Shown: positions 1 to 10,786 of the stretch, piece after piece | How the letters are laid out: every line of letters begins with the position of its first letter | How positions within the stretch are numbered: the first letter of the stretch is position 1 | Source: Longimicrobiales bacterium | Lineage (GTDB): Bacteria > Gemmatimonadota > Gemmatimonadetes > Longimicrobiales > Gaopeijiaceae | Assembly (NCBI GenBank): GCA_965202805.1 | Contig: OZ241869.1 | Location: 1,760,001 to 1,824,000, forward strand | Reading direction: 5' to 3' | DNA: 64,000 bases | Program-made: the position numbers and the translations under genes | The notes under the pieces: model-generated | Databases searched by the model: none | Seen by the model: the letters and a program-made list of their open reading frames with translations, nothing else | What the model was told of the DNA's origin: nothing

Positions 1-1999
1 CGACATCCGCTCGCGCCAGCGCGGGCGCATCGTTGGTGCCGTCGCCCACCATGGCGACCGGTTCGCCCATCTCCTGAAGCGCGCTCACCACTTCGGCCTT
101 CTCGCGCGGCGGCACACCGGCCCGCACTTCCTGGATGCCGGCCTCGTCGGCTATGGCGGCGGCGGTGGCGGCGTTGTCCCCGGTGACCATGACCACGCGC
201 ATTTGCGTCCGCAGGTTCTCGATCGCGTCGCGGGCACCCGGCTTGAGTTCGTCCGCGATGGCGATCAGGCCGATCGCGCGCCCGTCGACCGCTACCCAGA
301 CCACGGTATGCGCCTGCGCCTCCAGCCGCTCCGCCTCCGCCGCGAGACCGTACCCGTGACTGCCATGGACGCCCACGAACTGCTTCTTCCCCACCACCAC
401 CCGGTGGTAGTCCACGGTGCCGATCACGCCGTATCCGGGAACGGCCTCGAAGTCTCGGGGAGGCTCCAGTGCGATCCCGCGCGCCTCCGCCTCCCGAACC
501 ACCGCGCGCGCCAGGGGATGCTCGCTGCCCCACTCGGCGGAGCCCGCCATCCGGAGGATCCTGCGCGGGTCGTTTCCGGCCACCGCGCGCACGGACGGCT
601 CGCCCCTGGTGATCGTGCCGGTCTTGTCGAGCACCACCACCCGCAGCTGCCGGGCGAGTTCGAGCGCCTCGCTGTTCCTGAAGAGAATGCCCTTCCCCGC
701 CCCCACCCCCATCCCGACCATGACGGCCGTGGGGGTCGCCAGCCCCAGCGCGCACGGGCAGGCGATCACCAGCACCGCCACCATCCGGATCAGCGCGGCC
801 GGAAAGCCGGCGCCCGCCGCCATCCACCACACCAGGAAGGTCCCGGCCGCGATCGCGATCACGATCGGCACGAAGACCCCCGCCACCCGGTCGGCCAGGC
901 GCTGCACGGGCGCCTTGCTGCCCTGCGCCTCGCGGACCAGGCGCACGATCCCCGCCAGGGCGGTGTCGGCGCCCACGCGGGTCGCGCCCACCTGCAGTAG
1001 GCCCTCGTGGTTGAGGGTGCCGCCGATCACCTTCGCGCCGGGCTTCTTGTCCACCGGGAGGCTCTCGCCGGTGAAGGTGCTCTCATCCACCGAGGACCGT
1101 CCGTCGAGCACGATGCCATCCACAGGAATCCGCTCGCCGGGCCGCACCAGCACGACCTGACCCACCTGCACCTGATCGAGCGGCACCTCCCGTTCCTCCT
1201 CGCCCGCGAGAAGGGTCGCGGTGCGCGGGCGGAGCGCCATCATCCGGCGAATGGCGTCGCCGGTCTCGCCCCTGGCCCGGACCTCCAGCCACTTGCCCAG
1301 CTTGATGAGGGTGATGATCGCCGCGGCCGTCTCGAAGTAGACGTGCTCGCCCAGCGTGGTGACCCCGACGGTGAGCGCGACCGTCACGGCCACGCTGTAG
1401 AAGAACGCGGCGGAGGACCCCAGCGCCACCAGCACGTCCATGTTGGCGCCGCGATTGCGAAGCGCCTTGAAGGACCCCGTGTAGTAGCTCCAGCCGACGT
1501 AGAACTGGACCGGAGTCGCAAGGGTGAGGAAGGCCCAGTTCACCCATGGGGCGTGCGCCCACGCGCCCACCAGCCCGAAGTCGCGCGCCATGCTGACCAG
1601 GAAGAGGGGAAGGGTGAACGCCAGCCCGACACGGAACGCGCGGCCGTGCCGGTCGATTTCCCGGGCGCGGGCCGCCGCTTCGGCGTCCTCCGCCTTTGCC
1701 CCGCTACCCCTGTCCTCCTCCTGCACCGCTTCGGTGACCACCCCGTACCCGGCCTCCTCGATGACGCGGGTCACCTCGGCGGGGGTCACTTCGTCGGGCA
1801 GGTACTGGATGGTTGCGCGCCCGGAGGCGAAGTTCACGTCCGCGCTCACCACTCCGGCGACGCCCGCGCGCAGGACGTTCTCTATGGTGGCCGCGCATCC
1901 CATGCACGTCATCCCGGTGACGGGAAGCTCGAGCCGGGCGGGCCCGGCGCCGTCGCCGGAGGGGCCGGAGGGTGGTGCGGTTCGGGTTGCAACCGACAA
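1..1999 (-). CDS. copA: Heavy-metal (Cu+-type) P1B ATPase; 3' end runs off the left edge of the window
   Basis: Manual translation (absent from ORF track): TTG start at 1999 after GAGG; GMTCMGC metal-binding motif, [24 protein letters not shown] and [10 protein letters not shown]; start and GDGTND codons are in the same frame. Confidence 0.93.
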   Translation of the reverse strand, partial: MSVATRTAPPSGPSGDGAGPARLELPVTGMTCMGCAATIENVLRAGVAGVVSADVNFASGRATIQYLPDEVTPAEVTRVIEEAGYGVVTEAVQEEDRGSGAKAEDAEAAARAREIDRHGRAFRVGLAFTLPLFLVSMARDFGLVGAWAHAPWVNWAFLTLATPVQFYVGWSYYTGSFKALRNRGANMDVLVALGSSAAFFYSVAVTVALTVGVTTLGEHVYFETAAAIITLIKLGKWLEVRARGETGDAIRRMMALRPRTATLLAGEEEREVPLDQVQVGQVVLVRPGERIPVDGIVLDGRSSVDESTFTGESLPVDKKPGAKVIGGTLNHEGLLQVGATRVGADTALAGIVRLVREAQGSKAPVQRLADRVAGVFVPIVIAIAAGTFLVWWMAAGAGFPAALIRMVAVLVIACPCALGLATPTAVMVGMGVGAGKGILFRNSEALELARQLRVVVLDKTGTITRGEPSVRAVAGNDPRRILRMAGSAEWGSEHPLARAVVREAEARGIALEPPRDFEAVPGYGVIGTVDYHRVVVGKKQFVGVHGSHGYGLAAEAERLEAQAHTVVWVAVDGRAIGLIAIADELKPGARDAIENLRTQMRVVMVTGDNAATAAAIADEAGIQEVRAGVPPREKAEVVSALQEMGEPVAMVGDGTNDAPALARADV

Positions 2000-2173
2000 G
2001 AGTCACCTCGTGTCCGCGGTCTGTTCGCGAGGACCGCAATTTTCTTTCACGGTTCTCACGATTCGACGCGCTGGCGTAGCGCGCGACAACCGGAAATGTT
2101 CACGTAAACTATTCACCGGGATCCGCAACAAGCCAACCCCCGGCGGTCACACTCCTACCCCGATCACGCCGAT

Positions 2174-3022
2174 ATGTCCTTCACTACGCTGGTATCCTCC
2201 GACGAACTGTTCGCGCACCTGGACGATCCCGACTGGGTCGTCCTCGACTGCCGCTTCTCCCTGGTCGACGCGGAGCACGGCCGGCGCGAATATGCCGCGG
2301 CGCACGTGCCCGGCGCAGCCTACGCCCATCTGGAGGAGGATCTTTCGGGTCCCATCCTTGCGGGCGTCACCGGCCGCCACCCCCTTCCCGAGGTCGCCGA
2401 CTTTGCGCGCACGCTCGCGGCCTGGGGCGTCGACGAGCGGGCTCAGGTGGTCGTCTACGACGACATGGGGGGCGCGATGGCGGGTCGGCTCTGGTGGATG
2501 CTCGGGTGGGTCGGCCACGACGCGGTCGCCCTGCTCGACGGCGGCTGGCAGCGCTGGTGCGGAGAGGGGCGGCCGGTCACGGCGGAGGTGGCCGCGCGGC
2601 CGGCGCGGGTCTTCACGGCCGCTCCGCGGCCCGAGCGCCTCGTCCCCGCGGCCGGGGTGGCGGCCCGCCTCGGCGATGCCTCCACCCCCCTCATCGACGC
2701 GCGCGCCGGCGAACGCTACCGCGGCGAGGTCGAACCGCTCGACCCGGTGGCGGGCCACATCCCGGGGGCGGTGTGCGCGGCCTTCGAGGAGAACCTCACC
2801 CCGGACGGGACCTTCAAGTCCCGCGAGGAGCTCCGACAGCGCTTCCGGACCATCCTCGGCGACACGCCCCCGGAGAACTCCGTGTCCTACTGCGGCTCCG
2901 GCGTCACCGCCTGCCACAACCTGCTCGCCATGGAGCACGCCGGGCTGTCCGGCGGGCGGCTCTACGCGGGCTCCTGGAGCCACTGGGTCACCGATTCCGA
3001 CCGCCCCGTCGAACGCGGCTGA
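2174..3022 (+). CDS. sseA: Two-domain rhodanese / 3-mercaptopyruvate sulfurtransferase
   Basis: HVPGA, GHIPGA, active loop YCGSGVTAC, C-terminal LYAGSWSHW. Confidence 0.9.
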   Translation: MSFTTLVSSDELFAHLDDPDWVVLDCRFSLVDAEHGRREYAAAHVPGAAYAHLEEDLSGPILAGVTGRHPLPEVADFARTLAAWGVDERAQVVVYDDMGGAMAGRLWWMLGWVGHDAVALLDGGWQRWCGEGRPVTAEVAARPARVFTAAPRPERLVPAAGVAARLGDASTPLIDARAGERYRGEVEPLDPVAGHIPGAVCAAFEENLTPDGTFKSREELRQRFRTILGDTPPENSVSYCGSGVTACHNLLAMEHAGLSGGRLYAGSWSHWVTDSDRPVERG

Positions 3023-3089
3023 GGATCCGCACCCGTTTCGACGCCGCCCGGGAGGCGACAGCAGGCCGCCCAGCCGGGACCAGGCGCCT

Positions 3090-4253
3090 TCACCCGGGAC
3101 CGAGCACCCTCGCCACCCGTCTCGCGACCCTGATCGGCAGCGCGCGCAGCGCCCTCCCCAGCCCTCCCGCTCCGGAATCGCCGTCGCCCTCGAATCGCCG
3201 CGAAGCCTCCAGGTCCGGCTCCAGCACCCGGCGCCGGAACGCTCCGACGACCTCCGGTGACCGGAACACGGCGACGATCTCGGCCAGAAACCCGTTGTAG
3301 CTCATCAGGTCGAAATTGGAGGATCCGGTGACGAGCAGGCCGTCGTCGATCAGCATGCACTTCATGTGGATCATGCCCCCCTCGAACAGCCACACCTCGA
3401 AGCCGGCCCGCTCCGCCATCGCCAGCAGGTACTTCTGCAGATAGGCCTTGTTGTTGGAGCACGGGGTCACGATCCGGACCCGGACGCCACGCGCCGCGGC
3501 AGCCGCCAGATGGTCCGTGAAGGGCGGGCTCAGATAGGGGCTGATGACGTCGATCGAGCGTTCGGCGCCATCGATGAGCCCGAGCAGGTCGCGATAGGCC
3601 GCGCGGTTGCCTTCTCCCGGCAGCAGATGAATGTCCAGCTCCGGCCCGGCGAAGGAGGCGCGCGCATACTCGGAACGCCCCTCCCACGAGGACTCGAAGT
3701 CTCGCCTGAGGAAACGGGCGACATCGGCATCCTCGAGCCGCACCATGAGGTCGTGCCACTCGAAGTTGTGCTCGGAGAAGTTGATGCCCCCGATGTAGGA
3801 GACGCGGTCGTCGAAGAGGATGAGCTTCTTGTGGTCGCGGTTGAGGAAGCGCTGCCCGAGGATCCCGAAGGGACGGCCGAAGCGGACGCCCACGCCCTTC
3901 GCCCGCAGCAGGCGCACCAGCCGCCGGGTGTTGCGCACCTCCGCCCGGAACGCGGGGTCGAAGAGCGTGCCGGGGAGGGCGATCCAGCGGTCGTTCTGAT
4001 TGGCTCGCGTATAGGAGTCGACGAGCAGGCGGCGGTCGGGGGCTCGCGCGTCGAGCAGGGCCTCCGAGAGCGCCGTCCCCACCCAATCCCCCTCGAACGA
4101 GTAGGTCTGGATGAAGGCGTACTCGCGCGCTGCGGCGAGATCGGCCTGGACCGACGCCCACACGGCCTCGGAGTCGACCAGGACCTGGGCTCGCGCGTCG
4201 GCCTGCGGGCGACGTGCGTCGACCCGCGACGGACCCCCGCCGCCGTCACCCAC
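3090..4253 (-). CDS. Phospholipase D family / cardiolipin synthase-like protein
   Basis: Two HKD motifs (HKKLILFD..GGIN and HMKCMLID..GSSN); GTG start at 4253 chosen just after the upstream stop; the 757-aa ORF-track extension overlaps the Nramp-like gene. Confidence 0.85.
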   Translation of the reverse strand: MGDGGGGPSRVDARRPQADARAQVLVDSEAVWASVQADLAAAREYAFIQTYSFEGDWVGTALSEALLDARAPDRRLLVDSYTRANQNDRWIALPGTLFDPAFRAEVRNTRRLVRLLRAKGVGVRFGRPFGILGQRFLNRDHKKLILFDDRVSYIGGINFSEHNFEWHDLMVRLEDADVARFLRRDFESSWEGRSEYARASFAGPELDIHLLPGEGNRAAYRDLLGLIDGAERSIDVISPYLSPPFTDHLAAAAARGVRVRIVTPCSNNKAYLQKYLLAMAERAGFEVWLFEGGMIHMKCMLIDDGLLVTGSSNFDLMSYNGFLAEIVAVFRSPEVVGAFRRRVLEPDLEASRRFEGDGDSGAGGLGRALRALPIRVARRVARVLGPG

Positions 4254-4255
4254 CC

Positions 4256-5728
4256 CTAGGAGAGCCCCTGCAACCAGAGCACCACAAAGGCCCCGTAGAA
4301 CACCGACGTCGCGACCAGCGCGACCCTTCGCCACATCGGCGGCCGGATCTCCTCCGGCAGGAAGCGCGTGTTGATGTACAGGAGATGGAGTGACGAGATC
4401 ACGAAGACGATGCCTGCCATGTTCGCGCCCAGCTGCAGCAGCACGATCGGCTGCGCCAGCCCCAGGCCGACGATCCCCCAGCCGGCGATCCCCACGAGCA
4501 CCGTGTAGTAGACGAAGCGCACGTCGCCTCCGCGCCAGCGCCGCACGCGCCGGGAGCCGGTCCAGAGGATGTCGGTGATGGCGCGCGTCATTCCGTCGAC
4601 GATGTCCAGCTGGGTCTTGAACAGGATCCAGACGCCCATCAGCGCGATGACGCCCCCGAAGAGCGCGCCCGCCCGGGTGGCCATGGCGTCGGCCAGCGCC
4701 GCCGCCACCGAGAGGCCGCGGATGTCGGTGCCGGCGTCGATGAAGGTCACGTAGAGCACGGCCGGCAGGATCATGCCCAGCAGCGCGCCACCGAAATAGA
4801 CGCCCCACTGGTCGGCGCGCACGATGCGCCACCACCCCCGCCACCGCCCCATCGCGTCCGGCGTGGGATCGAAGATGTAGCCGGTCGGGGCGAGGCGCAC
4901 CTGCTTCCCTCCCACCGCGGCCGGGATGTAGCCGACCACGCTGCCCATCCCGTACCCCTTGTCGCGGGCCCAGTTGGAGAGGGTCAGGTTGGTCATGCCG
5001 CCCGCGCCCGAATAGGCGGCAAACGCCCCGATCAGGAAGAAGTCGGCGCCCGCCGGGAGGAAGCGGAACGCCCCCTGCGCAGGGTCGTAGCCGACCAGCC
5101 CCGCCGCCCCCGCGACCCAGGTCTCCGGGGCCACGAACATCAGCGCCAGCACCAGAAAGGTCCCGAGGATCGCCACCACCAGGATCCAGTTCAGGATCTC
5201 CAGGGTGCGTTCGATGCGGCGCCCGAAGAGCAGGATGGCGACGCACAGCACGAACGTCCCCACCCCGAAGGCATGCACCAGCCCGGCGTTCTCCGGCCCG
5301 GCCAGGTCGCGGAACACCAGAAAGAACACCGCGCCCGCCGCCGTGCCCGCCCAGGCCGGCCATCCCAGCTGCAGGAAGTAGAGCAGGGCGTAGACGACCG
5401 CCCAGAACGGAGCCGCCGGCCGGGTGCGCATGAAGCCGGTGAAGGCGGGCTCGCCGGTCGCGATGGTCCAGCGCATGAGCTCGGTGTTGAACACGGTCTG
5501 CAGGAAGGTGGCGACCAGCGTGACCCAGAGCAGCACCAGGCCGTAGCGCACGAACGCCGACGGACCCAGCAGGAATTCCCCACCCCCGATGGAGGCGCCC
5601 AGCACGATCACGCCGGGGCCCACGACCCCGATCCAGGCCAGCCCCCGGGGGCGGGGCGGGACCGGCAGCTCGGCGCTGCGGAAGGGAGCCAGGCCGGTCC
5701 GCGATTCCGGCGTTTGTTCTTCAGGCAC
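4256..5728 (-). CDS. Nramp-like (APC superfamily) membrane transporter
   Basis: About 11 hydrophobic segments; N-terminal GPGVIVLGASIGGGEFLLGP typical of this Nramp-like family. Confidence 0.75.
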   Translation of the reverse strand: MPEEQTPESRTGLAPFRSAELPVPPRPRGLAWIGVVGPGVIVLGASIGGGEFLLGPSAFVRYGLVLLWVTLVATFLQTVFNTELMRWTIATGEPAFTGFMRTRPAAPFWAVVYALLYFLQLGWPAWAGTAAGAVFFLVFRDLAGPENAGLVHAFGVGTFVLCVAILLFGRRIERTLEILNWILVVAILGTFLVLALMFVAPETWVAGAAGLVGYDPAQGAFRFLPAGADFFLIGAFAAYSGAGGMTNLTLSNWARDKGYGMGSVVGYIPAAVGGKQVRLAPTGYIFDPTPDAMGRWRGWWRIVRADQWGVYFGGALLGMILPAVLYVTFIDAGTDIRGLSVAAALADAMATRAGALFGGVIALMGVWILFKTQLDIVDGMTRAITDILWTGSRRVRRWRGGDVRFVYYTVLVGIAGWGIVGLGLAQPIVLLQLGANMAGIVFVISSLHLLYINTRFLPEEIRPPMWRRVALVATSVFYGAFVVLWLQGLS

Positions 5729-5792
5729 GGGTCACCGCCCTCTGTTTCGGTTTGACCGCGAATCGGCAACGGGACGCACGGCGTCTCAAATC

Positions 5793-5821
5793 TTGCACTC
5801 GGGGCCGTTCTCGTACATCAT
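5793..5821 (+). promoter_or_regulatory. Possible sigma70-type promoter of the oxidoreductase operon
   Basis: TTGCAC-17 nt-CATCAT in the divergent intergenic region. Confidence 0.3.
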
Positions 5822-6031
5822 TGGGGGCAATCGGGGTCGTATGCGACCCCCACCGCCAACGGGCCTTCCGGCCCAGCTTCGAACGGGGTCGAACCCAGCT
5901 AAGCCGTTTTCGTGACGAACACTCGGCCCCTTCCCCGCCCCCGTCTCGCCTCCGGCTGCCCCGGCGGCGTGCCGCGCTGACGCCAACTCCGCGAGCCGCA
6001 TGCGCCCCTTCAGGTCCAACGGCGAGGACTG

Positions 6032-7831
6032 ATGCAACCTACGGACGTCGGCAATCCCGACTACTACCACAAGGTGGTGGACTGCCAGTGGGGCTGTCCG
6101 GCCCACACCAACGTCCCCGAGTACATCCGCCTGATCGCCAACGGCCGCTACACCGATTCGTACTGGCTCAACCGGTCGTCGAACGTCTTCCCGGGAATCC
6201 TGGGCCGCACCTGCGACCGTCCCTGCGAGCCCGCCTGCCGGCGCACGCGCGTGGACGGCAAGCCGGTCGCCATCTGCCGCCTCAAGCGCGTCGCCGCCGA
6301 CCTTCGCGACCCGGCCGACGACCGCCTGCCCGAGATCCCGGTGGTCAAGAACGGCAAGCGCATCGCCCTGGTCGGGGCCGGGCCCGCGTCGCTCACCGTG
6401 TGCAACGACCTCATGCCGCTCGGCTACGAGTGCGTGATCTTCGAGGGGCTCGACCGCCCCGGCGGGCTCATGCGCACCAACATCCCCGCCTTCCGGCTCC
6501 CGTGGCAGGTCCTCGACGAAGAGATCGACATGATCCTCGACATGGGCGTGGAGATCCACTACAACGCGCGCATCGAGTCGATGAAGGCGCTTCTCGAGGA
6601 GGGCTACGACGCCGTCTTCGTGGGCACCGGGGCGCCCAGGGGCAAGGAGCTCAACATCCCGGGCCGCCAGGAAGCCGCCGACAACATCCACATCGGCATC
6701 GAGTGGCTGGAGTCGGTGCACTTCGGGCATGTGGACTCCATCGGCGAGCGCGTGCTGGTGATCGGGGTCGGCAACACGGCGATGGATTGCTGCCGCACCT
6801 CGAAGCGCCTGGGCGGCATCGACATCAAGGTGATGGCGCGCAAGTCGCGGCCGTACTTCAAGGCGTCGCCGTGGGAGCTCGAGGACGCCGAAGAGGAGCT
6901 GGTGGAGATCGTCGAGAACTACTCCCCGAAGCGCTTCGTGCTGGAGAACGGCAGGCTGGTCGGGATGGAATTCGAGCTGGTCAGCTGGCACAAGGACGAG
7001 GCGAGCGGCCGGCTGAAGGCGACGGTGCACGACACCGAGATCCTTCCCTGCGACGACGTCATCCTCGCCATCGGCCAGGACAACGCCTTCCCCTGGATCG
7101 AGCGCGACATCGGCATCGAGTTCAACCACTGGGACATGCCCGAGGTCGACCGCACCACCTTCATGACCACCCGCGAGGGGATCTTCGTGGGCGGTGACGC
7201 GGCCTGGGGGCCGGAGAACATCATCTGGGCGGTGGAACACGGCCACCAGGCGGCCATCTCCATCCACAACTACTGCCAGGGGCTCTCGCTCACCGAAGAC
7301 CGTCCGCCCCAGGATCACAACCTCATCTCCGCCAAGATGGGGATGCACGAGTGGGCCTACTCCAACGACTACAATCCCTCGGCGCGGCAGAAGATGCAGC
7401 ACGTGGAGCTGGTGCGCCGCTTCGAGGAGCTCTCCATCGAGGTGGAGATGGGCTTCGACGCGGAGCAGACCGCGCGCGAGGTGGAGCGCTGCCTCAACTG
7501 CGACATCCAGACCCACTTCGAGGCGAAGCTGTGCATCGAGTGCGACGCCTGCATCGACATCTGCCCGGTGCACTGCCTCACGATCACCGTGAACGGCGAT
7601 GAAGAGGACCTCCGGACCCGTCTCATGGCGCCCGCGGAGAACCTCACACAGGATCTGATGGTATCAGAAGGACTCCCCCAGACCGGGCGCGTGATGGTCA
7701 AGGACGAGGATCTCTGCGTCCACTGCGGGCTGTGCGCGGAACGCTGTCCGACGGCAGCGTGGGACATGCGCAAGTTCGAACTGTTGATACCCTACGCGGG
7801 GCAGGAAGCGGCATGCCCGACCCACGTCTAG
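6032..7831 (+). CDS. GltD-like FAD/NAD(P)-dependent Fe-S oxidoreductase with C-terminal 2x[4Fe-4S] domain
   Basis: CQWGCP, GRTCDRPCEPAC, GAGPA, GVGNTAMD, RCLNC, CIECDACIDICP, CVHCGLCAERCP. Confidence 0.9.
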   Translation: MQPTDVGNPDYYHKVVDCQWGCPAHTNVPEYIRLIANGRYTDSYWLNRSSNVFPGILGRTCDRPCEPACRRTRVDGKPVAICRLKRVAADLRDPADDRLPEIPVVKNGKRIALVGAGPASLTVCNDLMPLGYECVIFEGLDRPGGLMRTNIPAFRLPWQVLDEEIDMILDMGVEIHYNARIESMKALLEEGYDAVFVGTGAPRGKELNIPGRQEAADNIHIGIEWLESVHFGHVDSIGERVLVIGVGNTAMDCCRTSKRLGGIDIKVMARKSRPYFKASPWELEDAEEELVEIVENYSPKRFVLENGRLVGMEFELVSWHKDEASGRLKATVHDTEILPCDDVILAIGQDNAFPWIERDIGIEFNHWDMPEVDRTTFMTTREGIFVGGDAAWGPENIIWAVEHGHQAAISIHNYCQGLSLTEDRPPQDHNLISAKMGMHEWAYSNDYNPSARQKMQHVELVRRFEELSIEVEMGFDAEQTAREVERCLNCDIQTHFEAKLCIECDACIDICPVHCLTITVNGDEEDLRTRLMAPAENLTQDLMVSEGLPQTGRVMVKDEDLCVHCGLCAERCPTAAWDMRKFELLIPYAGQEAACPTHV

Positions 7832-9684
7832 ACAAGACCGACCGCACCAACGACTTCGCGTTCAAGATCGGGACCGTCAACGGCACCGGCTCGGCCAGCG
7901 CCAACGGTCTCATCATGCAGGCGATCTTCCGCATGGGGATCCCCTGCACCGGCAAGAACGTCTTCCCCTCCAACATCCAGGGGCTCCCGACCTGGTACGA
8001 GATCCGGGTGAGCCGGGACGGGTACTCGGCGCGCACCCCCGATTTCGACCTCATCGTGGCCATGAATCCGGCCACCTACGAGCGCGACATCGCCGAGGTG
8101 CGTCCGGGCGGATATCTGCTGCACGACTCCTCCTGGCCCATGGCGAAGGAGTTCCTGCGCGACGACATCACCTTCCTGGGCGTTCCGCTGGGCGAGATGT
8201 GCGTGCGCGAGTTCAAGGGCGCGCGCGTGCGCATCCTGATGAAGAACATCGCCTACGCCGGGGCGCTGGCCGCGCTGCTGTCGATGGACCTGGACGTCAT
8301 CCGCGGGATGATCCGGGAGAAGTTCGCGGCCAAGCCCAAGCTCATCGGCTCGAACTACAAGGCGATCGAGCTGGGCTACGACTATGCGATGGAGCACTTC
8401 GACTGCCCGCTGCCGATCCGGCTCGAGACGATGGACGCGACCTCGGACCACGTGCTCATGGACGGCAACACCTCGGCGGCGCTCGGCTGCGTCTATGCCG
8501 GTGCGACCGTGGGCGCCTGGTACCCCATCACACCCTCCACCTCGCTGATGGACGCATTCAAGCGCTTTTGCGAGCGCTTCCGCAAGGACCCCGAGACGGG
8601 CGAGCGCAGCTTCTTCATCGCGCAGGCCGAGGACGAGCTGGCGGCGGCCGGCGTGGTGGTGGGCGCGGGATGGGCCGGTGCGCGCGCCTTCACCCCCACC
8701 AGCGGCCCGGGCATCTCGCTGATGAGCGAGTTCATCGGGCTGGCCTACTACGCGGAAGTGCCGTCGGTGTTCGTGGACGTGCAGCGGGTCGGGCCCTCGA
8801 CGGGCATGCCGACGCGCACCCAGCAGGGGGACCTCGCGGCGGTCGCATACGCCTCGCACGGCGACACCAAACACATCGTGCTCTTCCCGGCCAACCCCGA
8901 GGAGTCGTTCCACATGGCGGTGGAGGCCTTCGACCTGGCCGAACGCTTCCAGACCCCGGTGTTCCTGGTGCAGGACCTGGACATCGGCATGAACGACTGG
9001 ATGATCCCGAAACTGACCTGGGACGACGGCTTCGCGCCCGACCGGGGCAAGGTGCTCGGGGCGGCGGAGCTGGAGCGCATCGAGAAGTTCTACCGCTACA
9101 TGGATGTCGACGGCGACGGGATTCCGTACCGCTCGCTTCCGGGCGTGCACCCGAAGGGGGCCTACTTCACGCGCGGCTCCGGCCATACCAGCCGCGCGAC
9201 CTACACCGAGGACGCCGACGAGTACACCGAGGTCATGGACCGGCTGCACCGCAAGATCGACTCGGCGGCGAGCGAGGTGCCCTCGCCGGCGATCGAGATG
9301 CGCGATGGCGCCAGGGTGGCGCTCGTCACCATCGGTTCGTGCGACGGGGCGGTGCGGGAGGCGGCCGACATCCTGGAGAGCCAGGGCGTGCCCGTGGACT
9401 ACATGCGCGTGCGCGGCTTCCCCTTCGACCCCCTCGTGCGCGAGTTCCTGGACGCCCACGAGCTCAACTTCGTGGTGGAGCAGAACCGGGACGCCCAGCT
9501 GAAGAGGCTGCTGGTGACCGAGACCGAGGTCGACCCGGGCCGCATCCACTCGGTTCTGGACTACGGGGGCTTCCCAATGAGCGCGGCCTTCGTGGCGGGC
9601 GAGGTGAACGAGCGCCTCGGCCTCACACCGGACGAAAGCAAGGTGCGGCCGGCGGCGGAGCGGCCGGAAGGAGCAGTGGCATGA
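7813..9684 (+). CDS. 2-oxoacid:ferredoxin oxidoreductase alpha subunit (gamma-alpha fusion)
   Basis: GTVNGTGS, YPITPS, QAEDE, TSGPG, QRVGPSTGMPT; ATG at 7813 overlaps the upstream gene. Confidence 0.92.
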   Translation: MPDPRLDKTDRTNDFAFKIGTVNGTGSASANGLIMQAIFRMGIPCTGKNVFPSNIQGLPTWYEIRVSRDGYSARTPDFDLIVAMNPATYERDIAEVRPGGYLLHDSSWPMAKEFLRDDITFLGVPLGEMCVREFKGARVRILMKNIAYAGALAALLSMDLDVIRGMIREKFAAKPKLIGSNYKAIELGYDYAMEHFDCPLPIRLETMDATSDHVLMDGNTSAALGCVYAGATVGAWYPITPSTSLMDAFKRFCERFRKDPETGERSFFIAQAEDELAAAGVVVGAGWAGARAFTPTSGPGISLMSEFIGLAYYAEVPSVFVDVQRVGPSTGMPTRTQQGDLAAVAYASHGDTKHIVLFPANPEESFHMAVEAFDLAERFQTPVFLVQDLDIGMNDWMIPKLTWDDGFAPDRGKVLGAAELERIEKFYRYMDVDGDGIPYRSLPGVHPKGAYFTRGSGHTSRATYTEDADEYTEVMDRLHRKIDSAASEVPSPAIEMRDGARVALVTIGSCDGAVREAADILESQGVPVDYMRVRGFPFDPLVREFLDAHELNFVVEQNRDAQLKRLLVTETEVDPGRIHSVLDYGGFPMSAAFVAGEVNERLGLTPDESKVRPAAERPEGAVA

Positions 9685-10736
9685 CCTATATTCCCAAGCC
9701 TGCAGTCCGGCATCCGGGTCTGGGCGCGAACGAGCTCGGACTTCACCTGCGCGACTACGAGGGCACCATCTCGACCCTGTGCGCGGGGTGCGGCCACGAC
9801 TCGGTGACGGCCGCCATCATCCAGGCCTTCTACGAGCTGTCCATCCCGCCGCACCGCATCGCCAAGATGAGCGGCATCGGCTGCTCGGCGAAGACGCCGG
9901 CGTACTTCGTGGACCAGGCGCACGGCTTCAACGGGGTGCACGGGCGCATGCCCGCTCTCGCGACGGGAGCGAACGCGGCCAACAAGGACCTCTACTACAT
10001 CGGCATTTCCGGCGACGGCGACTCTCTCTCGATCGGTCTGGGCCAGTTCTGCCACGCGATCCGCCGCAACGTCAACATGCTGTACGTGCTGGAGAACAAC
10101 GGCGTCTACGGGCTCACCAAGGGCCAGTTCTCCGCTTCCGCGGACGTGGGCTCGCGCTCCAAGCGCGGCGTGCCCAACAAGAGCGAGCCCATCGACCCGG
10201 TGGCGCTGGCGCTCACCCTGGGGGCCACCTTCGTCGCCCGCGGCTTCTCCGGCGACAAGCAGCAGCTCCTCCCGCTGCTCAAGGCGGGGCTGATGCACAA
10301 GGGCTTCGCCTTCCTGGACGTGATCTCCCCGTGCGTGACCTTCAACGACCACGTCGGGTCGACGAAGAGCTACCTCTACACCCGCCACCACGGACACGAA
10401 CTCGTCCCCGTGGACTTCGTGCCCATCCGCTCGGAGATCTCCGCGTCGTACAAGCACGGCGGCCGCACCTCCATCACCATGCACGACGGCAGCATGGTGC
10501 GCTTCCGCAAGGTGCCCGAGGACTACGACCCCACCGACCGCCTGTCCGCCTACGAGCACTACCGCAGCCTGCAGAACCGGGGCGAGGTCGTGACCGGGCT
10601 CCTCTACCTGGATCCCGGCGGCGAGGACATGCACGACGACAACGCGACCACCTCGACCCCGCTCGCCGAAATGGCCTACGAGGACCTCTGCCCCGGCAGC
10701 GAGCGGATGGACGCGCTGATGGAGGAGTTCAGGTAG
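9681..10736 (+). CDS. 2-oxoacid:ferredoxin oxidoreductase beta subunit (TPP-binding)
   Basis: LCAGCGH, SGIGCS, HGR, GDGD..ENNGVYGLTKGQ, SPCVTFN; ATGA overlap with the alpha stop. Confidence 0.92.
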   Translation: MTYIPKPAVRHPGLGANELGLHLRDYEGTISTLCAGCGHDSVTAAIIQAFYELSIPPHRIAKMSGIGCSAKTPAYFVDQAHGFNGVHGRMPALATGANAANKDLYYIGISGDGDSLSIGLGQFCHAIRRNVNMLYVLENNGVYGLTKGQFSASADVGSRSKRGVPNKSEPIDPVALALTLGATFVARGFSGDKQQLLPLLKAGLMHKGFAFLDVISPCVTFNDHVGSTKSYLYTRHHGHELVPVDFVPIRSEISASYKHGGRTSITMHDGSMVRFRKVPEDYDPTDRLSAYEHYRSLQNRGEVVTGLLYLDPGGEDMHDDNATTSTPLAEMAYEDLCPGSERMDALMEEFR

Positions 10737-10786
10737 GGATCAACCCGATCGGGGCTGATGGGTTGGGGGACGGTTCGGTAGCCGAA

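Noticed and set aside
2040..2120. TTCAC-like repeats upstream of copA as a copper-regulator operator
   Set aside because: Irregular spacing and no match to a CsoR, CueR or CopY site that I can support.
4254..5363. Long N-terminal extension of the PLD ORF suggesting a fusion protein
   Set aside because: Arg/Gly-rich off-frame reading of the Nramp-like gene; the PLD domain starts near 4253.
8199..9680. 845-aa version of the oxidoreductase beta subunit
   Set aside because: The upstream part is an alternative frame of the alpha subunit; ATG 9681 has an RBS and ATGA coupling.
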